From Raillietiella orientalis (taxonomy: Eukaryota): DNA of 64,000 nt. The notes beneath the pieces are model-generated. The model was not told the DNA's origin and made no database searches. It worked only from the letters and a program-made list of their open reading frames with translations. This document shows, one piece after another, positions 36,406-48,599 of this stretch. Every line of letters starts with the position of its first letter. Position 1 is the first letter of the stretch. The position numbers and the translations under genes were made by a program. The DNA is taken from contig JAYWIR010000028.1 of assembly GCA_036172245.1 (NCBI GenBank), forward strand, positions 806,001 through 870,000. Direction: 5' to 3'.

Positions 36406-38942
36406 ATGGGAACTCAGTTTCCCCGATTCCCTCTCGGGCGACTTCTAATCCTGCAGGCGATTCTCCTGAACGCCTGGAGCATCCTTGGATCATCTTCCCT
36501 TCTCCACCCACCCTGGAGAGGAACTCTGAAGATCGGATCCTTCAACATGCACAAGTTCGGCCCCAAGAAGATGGCCAACGCCACCATCGCGGACATCTTC
36601 GCCAAGGTCGGTTCGTGGCCCCCCGTGGTCTCCTTCGCCTTCTTGGGTTCGTCTCCCACAGACGGGCTTCGCTGCAAGGGAGCGCGCGCGGGGGGGATGG
36701 AGGGAGGAGGAGGGCGACGTCCTCCTTCTTCGGCTGCCCGCGAAGGCTCATCCGATCTCGGCCCCCGCTCCGGAGTCCCGCCTTTCAGGTGATAGGTGAA
36801 TACGACGTCATCGCGCTGCAGGAGGTCGCAGACATCAGGAACAGGTCCGTCTGGAGACTTCTGGAACTCGTCAACAACCGCAGGGGACTCAGCGACCAGA
36901 TGGCGCTGTCGCTATCCCCGAGAGTCGGAACGGGAGGGCACGCCGAGCAGTACGCCGTCTTTTACAGGTACGGGTGAGCATGGGGGAATGGACGCAAGAC
37001 TGCCTTCTCATGGGGATTAACCACACCCTACGCCGCCACTACCCTAAGGTACTTCTCTGGACGGGCCTGATCTGGCAGCCGAGCTATAACCCCACCCTCA
37101 GCTACAGCGAGGTGACTGCAGGGGCGGGAGAGGACGGTCCAGTAGCGGAGCAGCAACCGCGGGAGTCGCGCTCGCGGACCCTCCCTTCCCTTCAGACTGC
37201 CCCGTCTTCTTCCCCATGGAGGAGGCGGGCAGATGGGACACCACGGGGAATCATCTCTCCTGGAGGATTGGTGGGGATGGCAGGAACAAACGCCACCATC
37301 GAGGTTCCCTAGGGGTCTCTCTTCCCTCGTCCCCTTCCCATCACGGTCTGCGGACGCCTCGAGGGCCTCTCGGTCGGACCGCTGCTGCCCCCCGCCAGAG
37401 GCCAACAGCGCGCGGATCCTCCGGCGAGTGATCCAGCGCTCCTCCGCTCTCCCCCCCTACTCCCTAGCCCTAGCGAGGAGGGGTGCATAATCCCTCGAGC
37501 AGCTTCTAACGGGGCGTTCTCCGTAGGACAAGCCGCCTGCTGTTGAAGTCAGAGATGGTCTTCGACGACCCTAACAACATCGTGGAGAGGGAGCCGTGGA
37601 TCGTGCAGTTCCATAGTCCCTTCACTCGTGAGTGGAGACTCCACCTCACGCCTCCCCTGGGGCGGGGGGAGAGAGAAACGGAGGTCCTGGAGGGAGGATG
37701 TTTTCGCCCTCCTGCGGAAAGCCCCCCATCCTCTTGTTTCCTCCACTCCCTCCCCCTCCCCCCGCCGGGAGAGGTCGTCCCGGACGCAGGCACGCGCACG
37801 CGCGTGGGAGACGACGAGAGGTCATTCCACCTGAAATGGGGAGGAGAGCCGAGCCGGAAAGCTTCCTCCTCGCCCACCCTTTGCAGCTGGGGATGGCCCG
37901 CGGCGCGATCTCCAGCCACCTGCTGCTCGGGGGCGCTCCCAGCGATCGTTCCGTTGGGAGCAATCCGTGGGGGAGAGTGGCAGCATCCATTTTCCTCCCC
38001 AGCGCGGTACCGCTGTCCCTTCAATGGTGGCGTTCGCATCCCTTCTGCAACCTCCACTTGGCCTCCCGGCTGCGCCTTCAATATGCTGCTGCCGCTTCGG
38101 TACGAGCAGGTCTCCTGCTGGAAGCTCAGGCCCTGCGGCCCTTCCCGCTGTTCCCTCGTTCCCTCCCTGCGGTCGCACCTCGCTTTCGCTCTGCCCTTCG
38201 GTCTACGTCATGACCTTCGGTCACCTCTCCGACTTGGAAGAAAGGGGGAGACTCTTCCAGGCGGCAGGAGCAGTCGCGACTACGTCAGGCGCTTGGCAGC
38301 GGGGGATCGCTTTGGGAAGAGCGAGGGTGGGCCGAAAACGCTAGGTTCTCCAGAGCCGAGGGGACTCGCTTGTCTTCCCCCTTCTCCCTCCTCCCCCCTT
38401 CTCCACCCCCGGACCGCTCTGCCTTCCTCTTTCAGCACACGTGCTCGGGTTCACCTTGATCGTCATCCACACTCGTCCGGATCATGCCATCGAGGAGGTT
38501 GATGCCCTGGAGGACGTGATCAAGTGGTTCCGCCAGCGGGAGACGGACTTCACATGTAAGGCTGCGCGACAGAGGGGTGGAGGAGGAGACCCTGGGAGGG
38601 GAAAACTCCTGGAGTCCTCACGGCGCCTCTTCAGTCCAGCGCAACATCCTGATCGCCGGAGACCTCAACGCGGACTGCCAGTACATGCCCAAAGGCTCCC
38701 TCGGGCGGCTGCATGACGCGCAGCGCTACCATTGGCTCATCTCAGACAACGCCGACACCACCACAGGGCGCACGCGCTGCGCGTACGATCGCTTCCTTGT
38801 GGTTGGGGACTCCCCGCTGACGGAGGCCGTGGTCCCGGGCAGCGCACGCGTCAAAAAGCTCGACCAGGACCTGGGCATCAGCCAGGACCTCCTTCAAAAA
38901 GTCTCCGACCACTACCCCATCGAGTTACAGGTGACCCCTTGA
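36406..38942 (+). CDS. Deoxyribonuclease I family protein, probably secreted, 302 aa
   Basis: Exons 36406-36606, 36789-36967, 37527-37627, 38436-38555 and 38635-38942 (909 nt), all GT-AG and in phase. Hydrophobic leader, LKIGSFN, IALQEV, EQYAVFYR, EREPW, catalytic His in IVIHT and SDHYP, GDLNADC, CAYDR. Confidence 0.95.
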
Positions 38943-38959
38943 GCGCGAAAGAGCTGCTC

Positions 38960-39700
38960 CACCTCCCGCAGCTTTCTTCCTCCTCCAGGCTCCCGCACGT
39001 CCCGCATTTCGGCTGGAGCCCAGAAGTCATCATCTCCGCGCAGAGGAACCTGGAGGCGACGGACTGGAACCGGTCGGCACACGGGGAGAGCAGCTGGGCA
39101 GACGGACCCATCCTCTCTCCGCGCGCCGGTAGGTCTTCCCGGGAATTTTCAGCCTCCATCCATTTGTCTCTCCTCCTTCCAGGGAGCTCTCCCGCTCTCG
39201 CGTCAGGTTGGACGATGAATACGGAGCCTGCCGGAACGCCCAGGAGGAGGCAGAGGGACTCTGCGGACCACCGCTCCGAGAGTACCATCCGCCGCAGCGG
39301 ATGGTACTCCCGATCCCAGGAAGGGACGCGCCTAAGTGGCTCTCCACCTGTGCTAATACAGGAGGAGACCTTCAGTAGGGAGCAGAGGATCAGGAGAACC
39401 GGAGAAGGTGGGGCTCCGTAAGGAACTCCCTCCCTGCCGCCTTCTTCGGCCCGCAGGAGGCGGAAGAGACGAGGCACTCCTCGGCCACGTCCGCGGGCGC
39501 CGCAGTCGGACTCTGTGCTCGCTCCCTCGCCCCACCGAGAGCACAAGAAGGCGGCGGCAACTGCTCCTGCTGGCAGGTCGCCCCGGAAAGTCTCCCAGAC
39601 CCGGGGAACGGGTCAGGAAGAGAACGGGAAAGAACACGGAAGTGGTGTTGGGTCGATGTAGGTTTCTTTCTTTCCTTTCCTGGATCCCACGAACCCCTGC
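38960..39700 (-). mobile_element. Possible very decayed LINE 3' fragment
   Basis: GC-rich. The minus frame gives KW...FQ..SRFL...GLQPKCGTCGSLEE, loosely like the zf-RVT region, but the His ligand is missing. Confidence 0.25.
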
Positions 39701-40289
39701 GTTCTCCTGAGGGAAGGCCGGCGGCTCCGCCAGCCATCGCCGCCCTTCGCGGCGTCCCCCCTCAAAAAAATTAAAAAAGAAAAAAACCTTCCTCCGTCGT
39801 CGTCGACGAAACGGAGGATGAGGATGTTCAGGGAGATGAAGGGAACCCTGAACGCCTGCCCTCAGGTTCTGGTCATCCAGTCTTGCCCCCATAATCTTTG
39901 TGTACAAGGATTTCCAACTGCCTCTTCTCTCCTTCCCTCAAAGAGAAGGGACCAAAAAATTCGAGTGATGTGTTTTCTATGGAGCGCTTAGAGATTTGTC
40001 ATTTCATCCAGCATTACTTTTCATCCATCTTTTCAGTTTGAGTGTCACACATGCAAATTAAAAGGCACATACTAGATTACTTAGGTGTATTTCCTGCCAT
40101 TTCATCAGTCCATCCCCTTTGGCATCCATGAGAACGTTGTGTTGCACTGCCGATTGCGATGGGAGCTGCTTGTTGAGGTCCTGCTGTCCCAATCGCCTCA
40201 TTTGCCTGATGGCTCAGATATCGAGAATAATGCATGCCCCGAGGCTGCTCCATGCCTTGGTCTACGCATTCATTCGTAGGCCTCACCTA

Positions 40290-41320
40290 AATCGGCACAC
40301 TTTCCAGGCTTTCTCGAGAACTCGTTTCCGTAGAACTTTGTAGCGCTTCCCCTACCCCAGGTTCCCGGTAAGGAAAGTCACCATCAGCACTCTCTTGACC
40401 GATGCCTGTGCTCTCGATCAAAAGAGATCTGCTGTGCGGAACCACACAGTCAGCCAACCGCCTCCCATCCGACATGAGTTGTCCCAGCAATGAGCAGATA
40501 TGGATACTGGATCGAATACCAGTCAATTGCAGCATAACCACAAAAACGAGGCTGAAGAAGAGGTCCCTCCGTGCAACATGCAAAAAGACAGGACTGAAAG
40601 CGTTTATCCTTTTACTCCCACGGACTTCAAGAACACGTATTAAATGGATCCGTTCAGCAGCTAGCAAAAGGCTGCCCTCCTAAGGGACCCGAAGGTCGAC
40701 TCCCATTATTCCAGCCCGCATCGGGGCATCCGGTTTTAACCGCTATCAGTGCCGCACCCAAATGAATGTAGAGCAACCAGTGTCATCTTGCAGGAGGAAC
40801 TCGAACCCACGACGTACCCATTTCTCTGGCGTCGATGCTTCCCTGGGTGATTCGAACCCGCGACGCTTGGTGCCACGCACGGAGACCTCAGCAGCCACAT
40901 GGCCTCGGACGCAGGCAATCCTGCGACCTGCTTCACATGAGCTCTCTCGACAACCAAGCCATCTAGAATTGTTATGAGTGATGATGACATTAAAGTGCTG
41001 GACAACACCCGAACTAATTTCCACCCACTTCGCGTTTCCTGCCCTCCTCTTGTCGCGCCTCTGTCCAACGTTGTCTCAGATTTTTGGAAGAACAGCAGAC
41101 ATCGGGGGCGGTTTCCGATTCTTGTTCCGAGGTTTCGAGCCTGGGTTGGCTGGTTGCAGGTCGCCAGTTCCCACAAATCCCGCGTCGCCTCACTGACTCT
41201 TCACCGGGCAACGAGACCGGAATGTCTCGAGCAGTGATTGGGATTGCCCTCCGCACCATGCATCTTCTGCGCAGGCAATCAGCAGCTTCCGCCGTGGGCA
41301 CATCCTGTATAGGCTAAGGA
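40290..41320 (-). mobile_element. Decayed L1/Tx1-type LINE fragment (end of the RT domain and downstream)
   Basis: RHSGLV...RNLGTRIG resembles the RT SGLxVN...YLG motif. Nucleotides 40680-40893 align in inverted orientation to 41841-42030. Confidence 0.7.
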
Positions 41321-41819
41321 TAAGTATAAGTAAAGGTTAAAGTCACCTTTGTGCACAGCAGTCCCACCTTCCTCCCAACAGACTCAGAAAATTTTAAAGT
41401 GCGATTGGTGCTCTAGAAAATACTCAGAGATTAATTACTTCATCCAGCACCCGCTTCTGTCCATCCGTTACATGTGCACATGAAAAGGCACAGATCATTA
41501 CTGTCGTTCTTTCCTTCTTAACTAATTTACCAGAATTTTTATGTATGTTCTTTGGTACGTTCTTGTTGATCCTTGCTAAATCATATAGGTATTGCATACA
41601 TTTGTGGCATTCATAGATTAAAGCAGAGCGATTTCCTACCATATGTTATATAATACTTACATCTTTTCCAAGATTCGAATTCCCATGATGTTAATGACAT
41701 GCGTACATGAATATTCATTGCCACATCACATTAATTTGAGTTGTTTGCAATTTCCTTTGTGCATAGTAGAATCCTACAAAATGCACGTCATTTCTTAGTA
41801 TTGAACAAGTTCTGCCATC

Positions 41820-43240
41820 GTCCGCGTTGGATGCCTTGAGGCTGAGGTCTCGGCGCCTGTACCAAGCGTTGCAGTTTCGAACACCCGCAGAGGATCGACT
41901 CCAGAGAAATGGGGGCGTCGTGAGTTTCCAGTTCCCCCCTCTAGATAACGCTGGTCGGCCCATATTTGGGTGCGGCTCCGGGAGAAGCTGGAAACCGGAT
42001 GCTCCGTTGACTGGCCTCCGGGGTCCTTCCAGGAATCAAGGAGTCGGTTCCCTTCAACGTCCCCCTCCGATTGTGCAAATGGAGCCGTCCCTCCCTCCCA
42101 TCTCTGGGAAACCCTCCATCTCGCACCATGTAGTTGGTGGATCGATGATACCTCTCCAGAGTGCAAAGAAGCGCTCTGCTCTCTTCCGGAGGCGCTCTTC
42201 AGAGAACATTTGGGAGCGTCCGAAGAGCGGATCCTGTCCGAGTTCCCTTTGCAGAATAAATTAGAAGTGATCCCTTCCGGTGGGTCCCTCCGGAAAGAAT
42301 ACGGAAGAGGTTCCCTCAGAGATTCCCTTCGGAGGCAACCAGGGTGGAGGATTCTCTTTGGAGTTCCCTCCCATGCGTGAGAGAAATAGATTCCTCTCTC
42401 CGGAGCCTTCGTGAATTCATAGGATGATCCCTTCCCAGGGTACCTTTTAACTTGAAGAGTGACTACATGCACCGTCGGGTGCCGTGGAACAGTGTTAAAA
42501 AGCATCGTGAGTCGCCAGACGAACGGTTCTTGAGTACTTAGCGAACCAAAAGAAAAAAGCTGGAAGGAAAGCAGCAAAAACAGAAAAGAACCAATAAGGA
42601 TTTCCATCGTCCTAAGCCATTCCCCTTGCCCTAGTGCTGCTCTCCCCAAGGGACGCAAGGGGCAGTCATCCCAGAGAGGTGGGAAGTGACTTGCTGCATA
42701 GTAGCGAAAACAAAACTTCTGGGAGCGTGGACAACTCAGGAAGTGACGGACGCTGCGACTCCCACCCCACGGGCTTGCGAAAGCTGCTCGGCATCCCTCC
42801 GGAGAAGGTGAAGTGGCCCCCAGCGTGCTGGAGCAGTGCAACCCCCCCCTCAAGTGGCAGGAGTCGGCGTTACTGGTGGTGCATGGGAGAATCCCGTGCA
42901 AAGCGCGCCTTCACCACTGGACAAGGGGGAGCGTGGAGCTCAGTGCGAAAGGTGCGGGAAGAACGAGACTCTCCCTCACCTGCTGTTGGACTGCGCAGCC
43001 TGGAAAACCGGAAGAAGAGGCCGAAATGGTAGGGACGCCATCCACTGGGTGTGGGTCTTCCAGGTGGGGCCATCTCGAGGAGGTCCTCGAGATGGTCCTA
43101 CCTGGGCGATATACGGACGGAACTTGCCGGACAGATGCAGAGGACGCTGGTCAGAGTGCTGTGATCCCTTCTTCTCCCCCCTCTCACTTCCTCCCCGTGT
43201 ATGATCTCTCCTGTTTCGTTTGTTTATTTTTTTTGTTTTC
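41820..43240 (+). mobile_element. 5'-truncated, decayed L1/Tx1-type LINE (ORF2 C-terminus)
   Basis: Frameshifted PLKWQESALLVVHGRIPCKARL followed by CERCGKNETLPHLLLDC (zf-RVT CCHC finger) at ~42850-42995, then a T-rich tail near 43215-43240. Confidence 0.85.
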
Positions 43241-43309
43241 GTTTCCCCTTCTCCCCCGTTGCCGAAGCGGACCTCGCCGTCTGCGCGTTGCTCTTCGGCA
43301 GATTCATTG

Positions 43310-45660
43310 CACGTGGTAGAACCCTTGGAGAATCATCAACGTATTTTATTGCTTTATGTAATAGGTGAATGGATCCTAAATTCATTCCTCTGTGCTCTTT
43401 GGTCATGAGCCACCAGACCACGGGTCCAGGTAGGCTGACTTTGTGAGCTTACCTGGACCTGGCTCACACACTGCTGTTCCTAATGCTGAACCATAAGAGC
43501 GCGTCATGCTGGCTGATAAACCAAGGTCCCTGATTGGAGACAGCTGACACCTCTTTGAGAATCCCTCGTTGCCCGTCGCTTCTTTCTGGTTGAAGTATTT
43601 TCGTTGTCTCAGCGCTCGAGGTACTCTTGTGTACTCTTGCCGTCCACGATGGTGATTCGAAAGAAACGACTAAGAATCTTTTACCATGGCATTGTCAATA
43701 GTCCCTGACAGCTTCTAGATCCTCTGGGTGTCCTCCTTTGACATCTGGATCAAGTTGAGAGCCCACTTAAAATCTTCGGGACCCTCACAACCTCTGAATC
43801 TGTGGGTTCCATTTTCAGTTATTTCTGCAATCCTCCAGACATATTTGGTTCCCCTTCCGTTTCTCTTGAATACAACTTTACGGAGGGAAATTGTTTGTTT
43901 TTAAGACTCTTTATGCTCTATGCCGCGTTCTTTCCCCAATGGCAGTCAATCTCTAGAGGATCTGGTGCCTCCGGATGCTAGATTCCCAAAGTGAGAAGGC
44001 TTAAGAAGCATTTGCTCAACACCTTCCTTGAATCCATACCGGACTTCTCTCGCAACAGAGCCCATATTTTTCATCTGTATTGGCAGAAAATCCATATTGT
44101 GCAAAGATTCCAACATGAGAAAGATTCCCCAGCGTGTCTCTGCATATCGAGGAGCTCACCTTCCATCTCAGTATTTCAAGCTAGTTGAACGACATAAAAA
44201 TGCTGGCTGAGGTGCACGCGAGTGGTGGGAAGATGCTCTGCGATGGAGGTGAGACAACTTTATGTAGCTCTCTCTCTCTTCCTTGGAGAAAGTTCAGAGG
44301 ACGTTTCTTTAATTTTTTTTTTTTTGTACATGATACGCATTCCAGGCACGAATTAGGCTTCTGCTTGTTTGACCTTACAAACAATACTAGTGTACATTTC
44401 AAGAAATTATTTACGCACAACTTAGACGGTATGCTCAGTGCAGGAATGGATAGAATGACGTTCTCTTCCTCAGTAACCGAGGCTCCTCATTTCAAAGCCA
44501 TACGTCTTGAAATTGCTAGTTCTAGATCAAGCATTTCGGGAAATGCAATCCTTCGAAAGATTGGGCTGGTATTAGACCTCTTCGGAAAGCCATCCACCTT
44601 TTGAGTCATCTGCAACGCTAAGTTAGCAGGAGCCAGCAACCCACATTTTCACCAAGTTCTCAGATCCTTCTTGAAAGCTGCCACATTTTTCCATATGAAA
44701 AAAAAAGAAAAGACATCACTATGGAAGTCGGTCCCCTCTAGGTAGTTCAGCACTGCTTTGCCTTGCACCACTTCTGAAAGGGATTCGTGGTCAAGCACGA
44801 GCGGCACACGCTTCGTTTCCATGCGGAAAGACTCCACATGGCTATTTTTTCCTTCCTTCAAATGAAGAACATTTTGCCGCCGGAGAGACCTAAAAAGGGA
44901 AGAGAAGGCGTCTGAGTGGCAAGCTGGAGACCGCTCAAGTTGCTTTCCAGAAGTAGTCCCGCCAATGGAGACAACATTGGGAGTTGTAGAAGATGAGTTC
45001 TTCCTTGGAGACGATGCTGAAATTCTTCACCAGTGAGCTCGTTTGTTACCTGAGAGACCGATAATGACGATTCTTAGCCATAATGATAATAGCGATAAAA
45101 ACCAATTGCGCACCGAGTGGTTGCCAGTTTGCTCTGGCGCGATGCCACAGAGTGAGAAAACGTGCAAAAGTGTGACCACATTTCAACTTTTCGTTTGTTC
45201 CTGCTGCCTGAGGGAGGCGTCTGTTCAAGAGTGCATTACAAGAGACTCTGGACCAGTGTGCCGCGCCACCTGGGCAGCGAGATGTCCACGGCGCACAAAA
45301 AGCAGTTCGAGACCATGACGTCAGAGAAAGACCTTCACCTGCCCTCCGCATGTTTCTCGGATTACGCCAGGTAAAGATGATTCAAGAAATGAACGAAACA
45401 TTAGTCCAGTCACATACTCCCCTGTTTGCTCATCTGGTCTCCATCCTCTGTGGGCTAAAAGTCTACTTCTGCCTCAGATGATCCCTTCTTCCTCGTCTCT
45501 CTACAGAGCACCAATTACAATGGACTTCGAGAGCTATAGGCGAAACACAAAAGAGGAATGGACGCAGCACGAATGGTACAGGGACGAATTCCTGCACGGC
45601 ATCACACGGTTCTATGCATCCCGCAGCTGCAAAAGGAGAACGTACGGCAGAGAAAACTTC
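43310..45660 (+). pseudogene. ORC3: Origin recognition complex subunit 3, non-processed, frameshifted
   Basis: Colinear matches to human ORC3 as I recall it: LRIPRCPSLLSG~LREIPTAALVLG (~43555); HL..PLKIFGTLTTS~HLHEFPLILIFGIATS (~43745); LLNTFL..DFS~VLTNIFLYHDFS (~44010); HLPSQYFKLVE~RLPSFRRYVE (~44157); ETMLKFFTSELVCYL~ENVVNFIDCLVREYL (~45008); SALQETL~IALHTAL (~45230); LPSAC..Y~APDICIAY (~45340); EFLHGIT..KRRT~RFIRAVS..KQKT (~45590). Donor sites retained (e.g. cag|gtaaag at 45370). Confidence 0.75.
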
Positions 45661-48434
45661 AACGATTTTAAAGATTCTGTTTGCATCTCCTGAGCTGAAA
45701 TGAAGTCGGAGGTTTGGATCAGCTAAATCCTCGTGGCATCGTTCAGCAGCTATGATGCTCACAGAAAGCACGGACTGCAAATAACCCTGGCAGAGGGCAC
45801 ATTTGCTTCCGCATCCACATATGGCATCACGTGACCTCCAAAGCTTTCAAGTGTTGCTAACGCTCTTGCTTTCATCAAAAGGATTGAATGCCTAAATCTT
45901 GTGCCGAAAAACGAAAAAAATGATGCTGGTGGAGGTGCGGCATCCACTCGACAGAATGGACCAAAACAGGGTAGGTTTGTCGCCAATGCTTTGAAATCTC
46001 CGATAATCGTCTGGCCAACCTTCGTTCCCGTTTCCCTCTCTTTTCCCTTCTAGTCTGCTGCTGCGCTCCATGCGAAAATGAAAAAAAGAAACTTTTCCAA
46101 GTTGGTTGCAGCTCAGTAAGGAAAGGATGCCTGGAAGATGCTGAGGGAGCTAATGGAAGGAGGCAGACAATATGGTTTCTTCTGCTAGTGCTTTTTCCCT
46201 TTGCATGAGCCCCAAATGGCCTAAGAAAGGGCACGAGGCATATGAAGGTGCTTCCCCTAGATAGTATCCAGAAGCAGCAAAGAAAAGCTCTACTCCGCCA
46301 AAGTTCGGACCAAAAACGTATGAGATAAACAAGAAACGAACCTGCGGATTCTGGATTAGCCAAAGATCACCGAATCAATAGCAGGTCCATTTCCTCAAAC
46401 TCCTTCTTCCTTTCTTTCCTGTGATTCAGCGCCACTTTGGCTTTCCTCCTTTGGAAGACCTTTACCTAAGACACAGGAAAACCAGACACAGATCTGTCAT
46501 CCAGAGTTTGTTTCTAATATCTTATGCAGCGTTTACGCACGCATCAATACTAAGGGCAGTGATTTCTTGCTCTAGGAACGCAACCAAAATGGGCGTCTCC
46601 ACCTACCAAGGTACACGGTGTGCTAGAATAAAAAATGCATAAGGAGGAAATGTGTGTGTGTTACATACACTGAGAAATCGAACTTGCTTACTCCGTAGGC
46701 CTTGAAGAAATCTGTGGCTCCCGAAACAGCGCTCTTTTTCTTAAAAGTTTCCTTCCTTTCTTTTTTTTTTCAGGAAGATCCATAACATTATTCTATCTCT
46801 AGTACATCCGTTTATTGGAACGAGCTTTAGCCTCCACATGAGGTACAGACCTCTCACCGATCAGCTGATAAACTAGTGGTATCCATCAGGTTATCATGCT
46901 GCAGCCGTCCTTGAAAGGTAGACTTAGCATCCTACCTTTCATCTGGCTTCGTTAAATGCGGAAGTATCAGGTTATCATCTCAACAACCATAACTCTGCAT
47001 CTGGAATGAAGTAGATAGCCTCATTAAAGGTGGATTTATCAAGCTGGTTGAGGGATTTCCATGACTTGATTCTTCGTATTCGTGGGGCGTGTCTCAAGTC
47101 TCTAAAGGGATCACTTGCCAAAGATGGCACTGATTGCTTCTGCAGAAAATGAGGAGTGCCGGGAAGAACCTCCAGGCCACGACCTCAACAGGTGACTCAG
47201 CAATTGATCCAAAATCACGAAGAGGCATGAAGAGGTGGTACATATCCAGAGGGCTACCTCGAAACATAAGAAATTGGTGGTCTCCAAGCAACAGGACCTG
47301 GTGTTGGCAGCAACATCCTCGCGAAACGCTCCTTGGACGCTGGCTTTCCCCAAGACAGGACCTGCTGGGTCAGGATGGAAGGAAAGTGCTGTTCCTGTGA
47401 ACATTCAGCAAAGGCCATGGAAGAGTCGTGAAAAAACGGGAGGGCAAATGAAGAGCAATCGTAGGAGGATCTGTGAGATCTTAAGATCCAGGAAACTATG
47501 AAGTGTTGAGGGAATCCGAAATTCCCACACCCATCAGAAGGGAACGGCGTGCTCACACACGCAAAACTCCCGGAATATACATGGGAAATATCAGATTGGT
47601 CAGCATCCGTAACGAAAACAACAAAAAAAAAAAACCTTTAAATCGTCATGGGAGAGAGTTGAAGTGGATTGATAAGTGAAGAGAACATGAAGAGGAACTG
47701 CCCCATCATCCATGTTTTTTTTCCCTTCCTTTCTTTGTCATCATCTCTCTTGACATCAGCTGAACTGCGAGTGAATCCAGAGGCCTTTCGTCTCCAGCAT
47801 TTCGTGCCAAGACGAGCGAATGCGGACCTCCGCTTACGTCGAATTTCGGTCTAAGCGATCGATCCGGGAACGATCCCGAGGGAACTCGGGATGAGTGCGC
47901 GGTCGGAAGGATTTTCTCCTAAAGTGCCTTCCGATAGAAAGGGAAAGTGCGCGCGCGCGCCAACAGCCGATGTTGGGATCGGAAGTTGGCACCTCGCTCG
48001 ATCCACACGCAATCCGACTGTGCGGCGCACGTGAAATTGGCTGTTGAATGCCACACGGTGTTCGCTCAGCCCCTCAGAAAGCACCCGCCAAGGAATTTGC
48101 AGCTCGGCGAAGGCCATCTCCACCCCTTCCCCCCGGAAATTTCCGATTCATCATCCTGGGTTCAGGTCCGAAATTTTTCCTTAGACGAGCCTTCTTCTGT
48201 GGGATAAGTAAGAAGCCTCCTCGAACTGGGAAAAGGAAATTAAGGCGCTTGTGAAGCTGCTGAATGGAAACGTAAATTTTTTTCTTTTTTTTTTTTAAAG
48301 GGTAGATGCAGCTCCTCCGCATCCGGAAATCCAGCAGATGAGTTTGACAAGTTCTACAGCGAGAGAGGGACACTCAGGAAGCGAATTGTGAGGTGCTGAA
48401 TAGCGTGGCCGTTCAGTTGGTTTCGTTTTTCCAT
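45650..48434 (-). pseudogene. TELO2: Telomere length regulation protein TEL2 (TTT complex), non-processed, frameshifted
   Basis: Colinear matches to human TELO2 as I recall it: ILDQLLSHL~MLQSLLGHL (~47210); W...DLRHAP~W...AIRHTP (~47100); DFFKAYGVS~DEFVPYDMS (~46710); LANPESAGSFL~VTDPAPVADYL (~46360); HLGLMQREKAL~NYSLRQRMDIL (~46215); CQGYLQSVLSV..AAERCHEDLAD~RQGLLSAVSSV..AARLLEDLMD (~45790-45720). Multiple stops and frame changes. Confidence 0.75.
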
Positions 48435-48599
48435 GCCCACTTTTTTCTACGGTGAGACTGCCGAATCCACCTTTTACATCTTCGCAGGCGCAGCTGAGGA
48501 GTTGCTTCCAATACATCACGCCTCCCTCTTGCCACCTACGGCACGAGCGTCTGGCATTCCTCCTGAGCATCTCTAAGCCCTCTAAACGGCACAGAGCGA

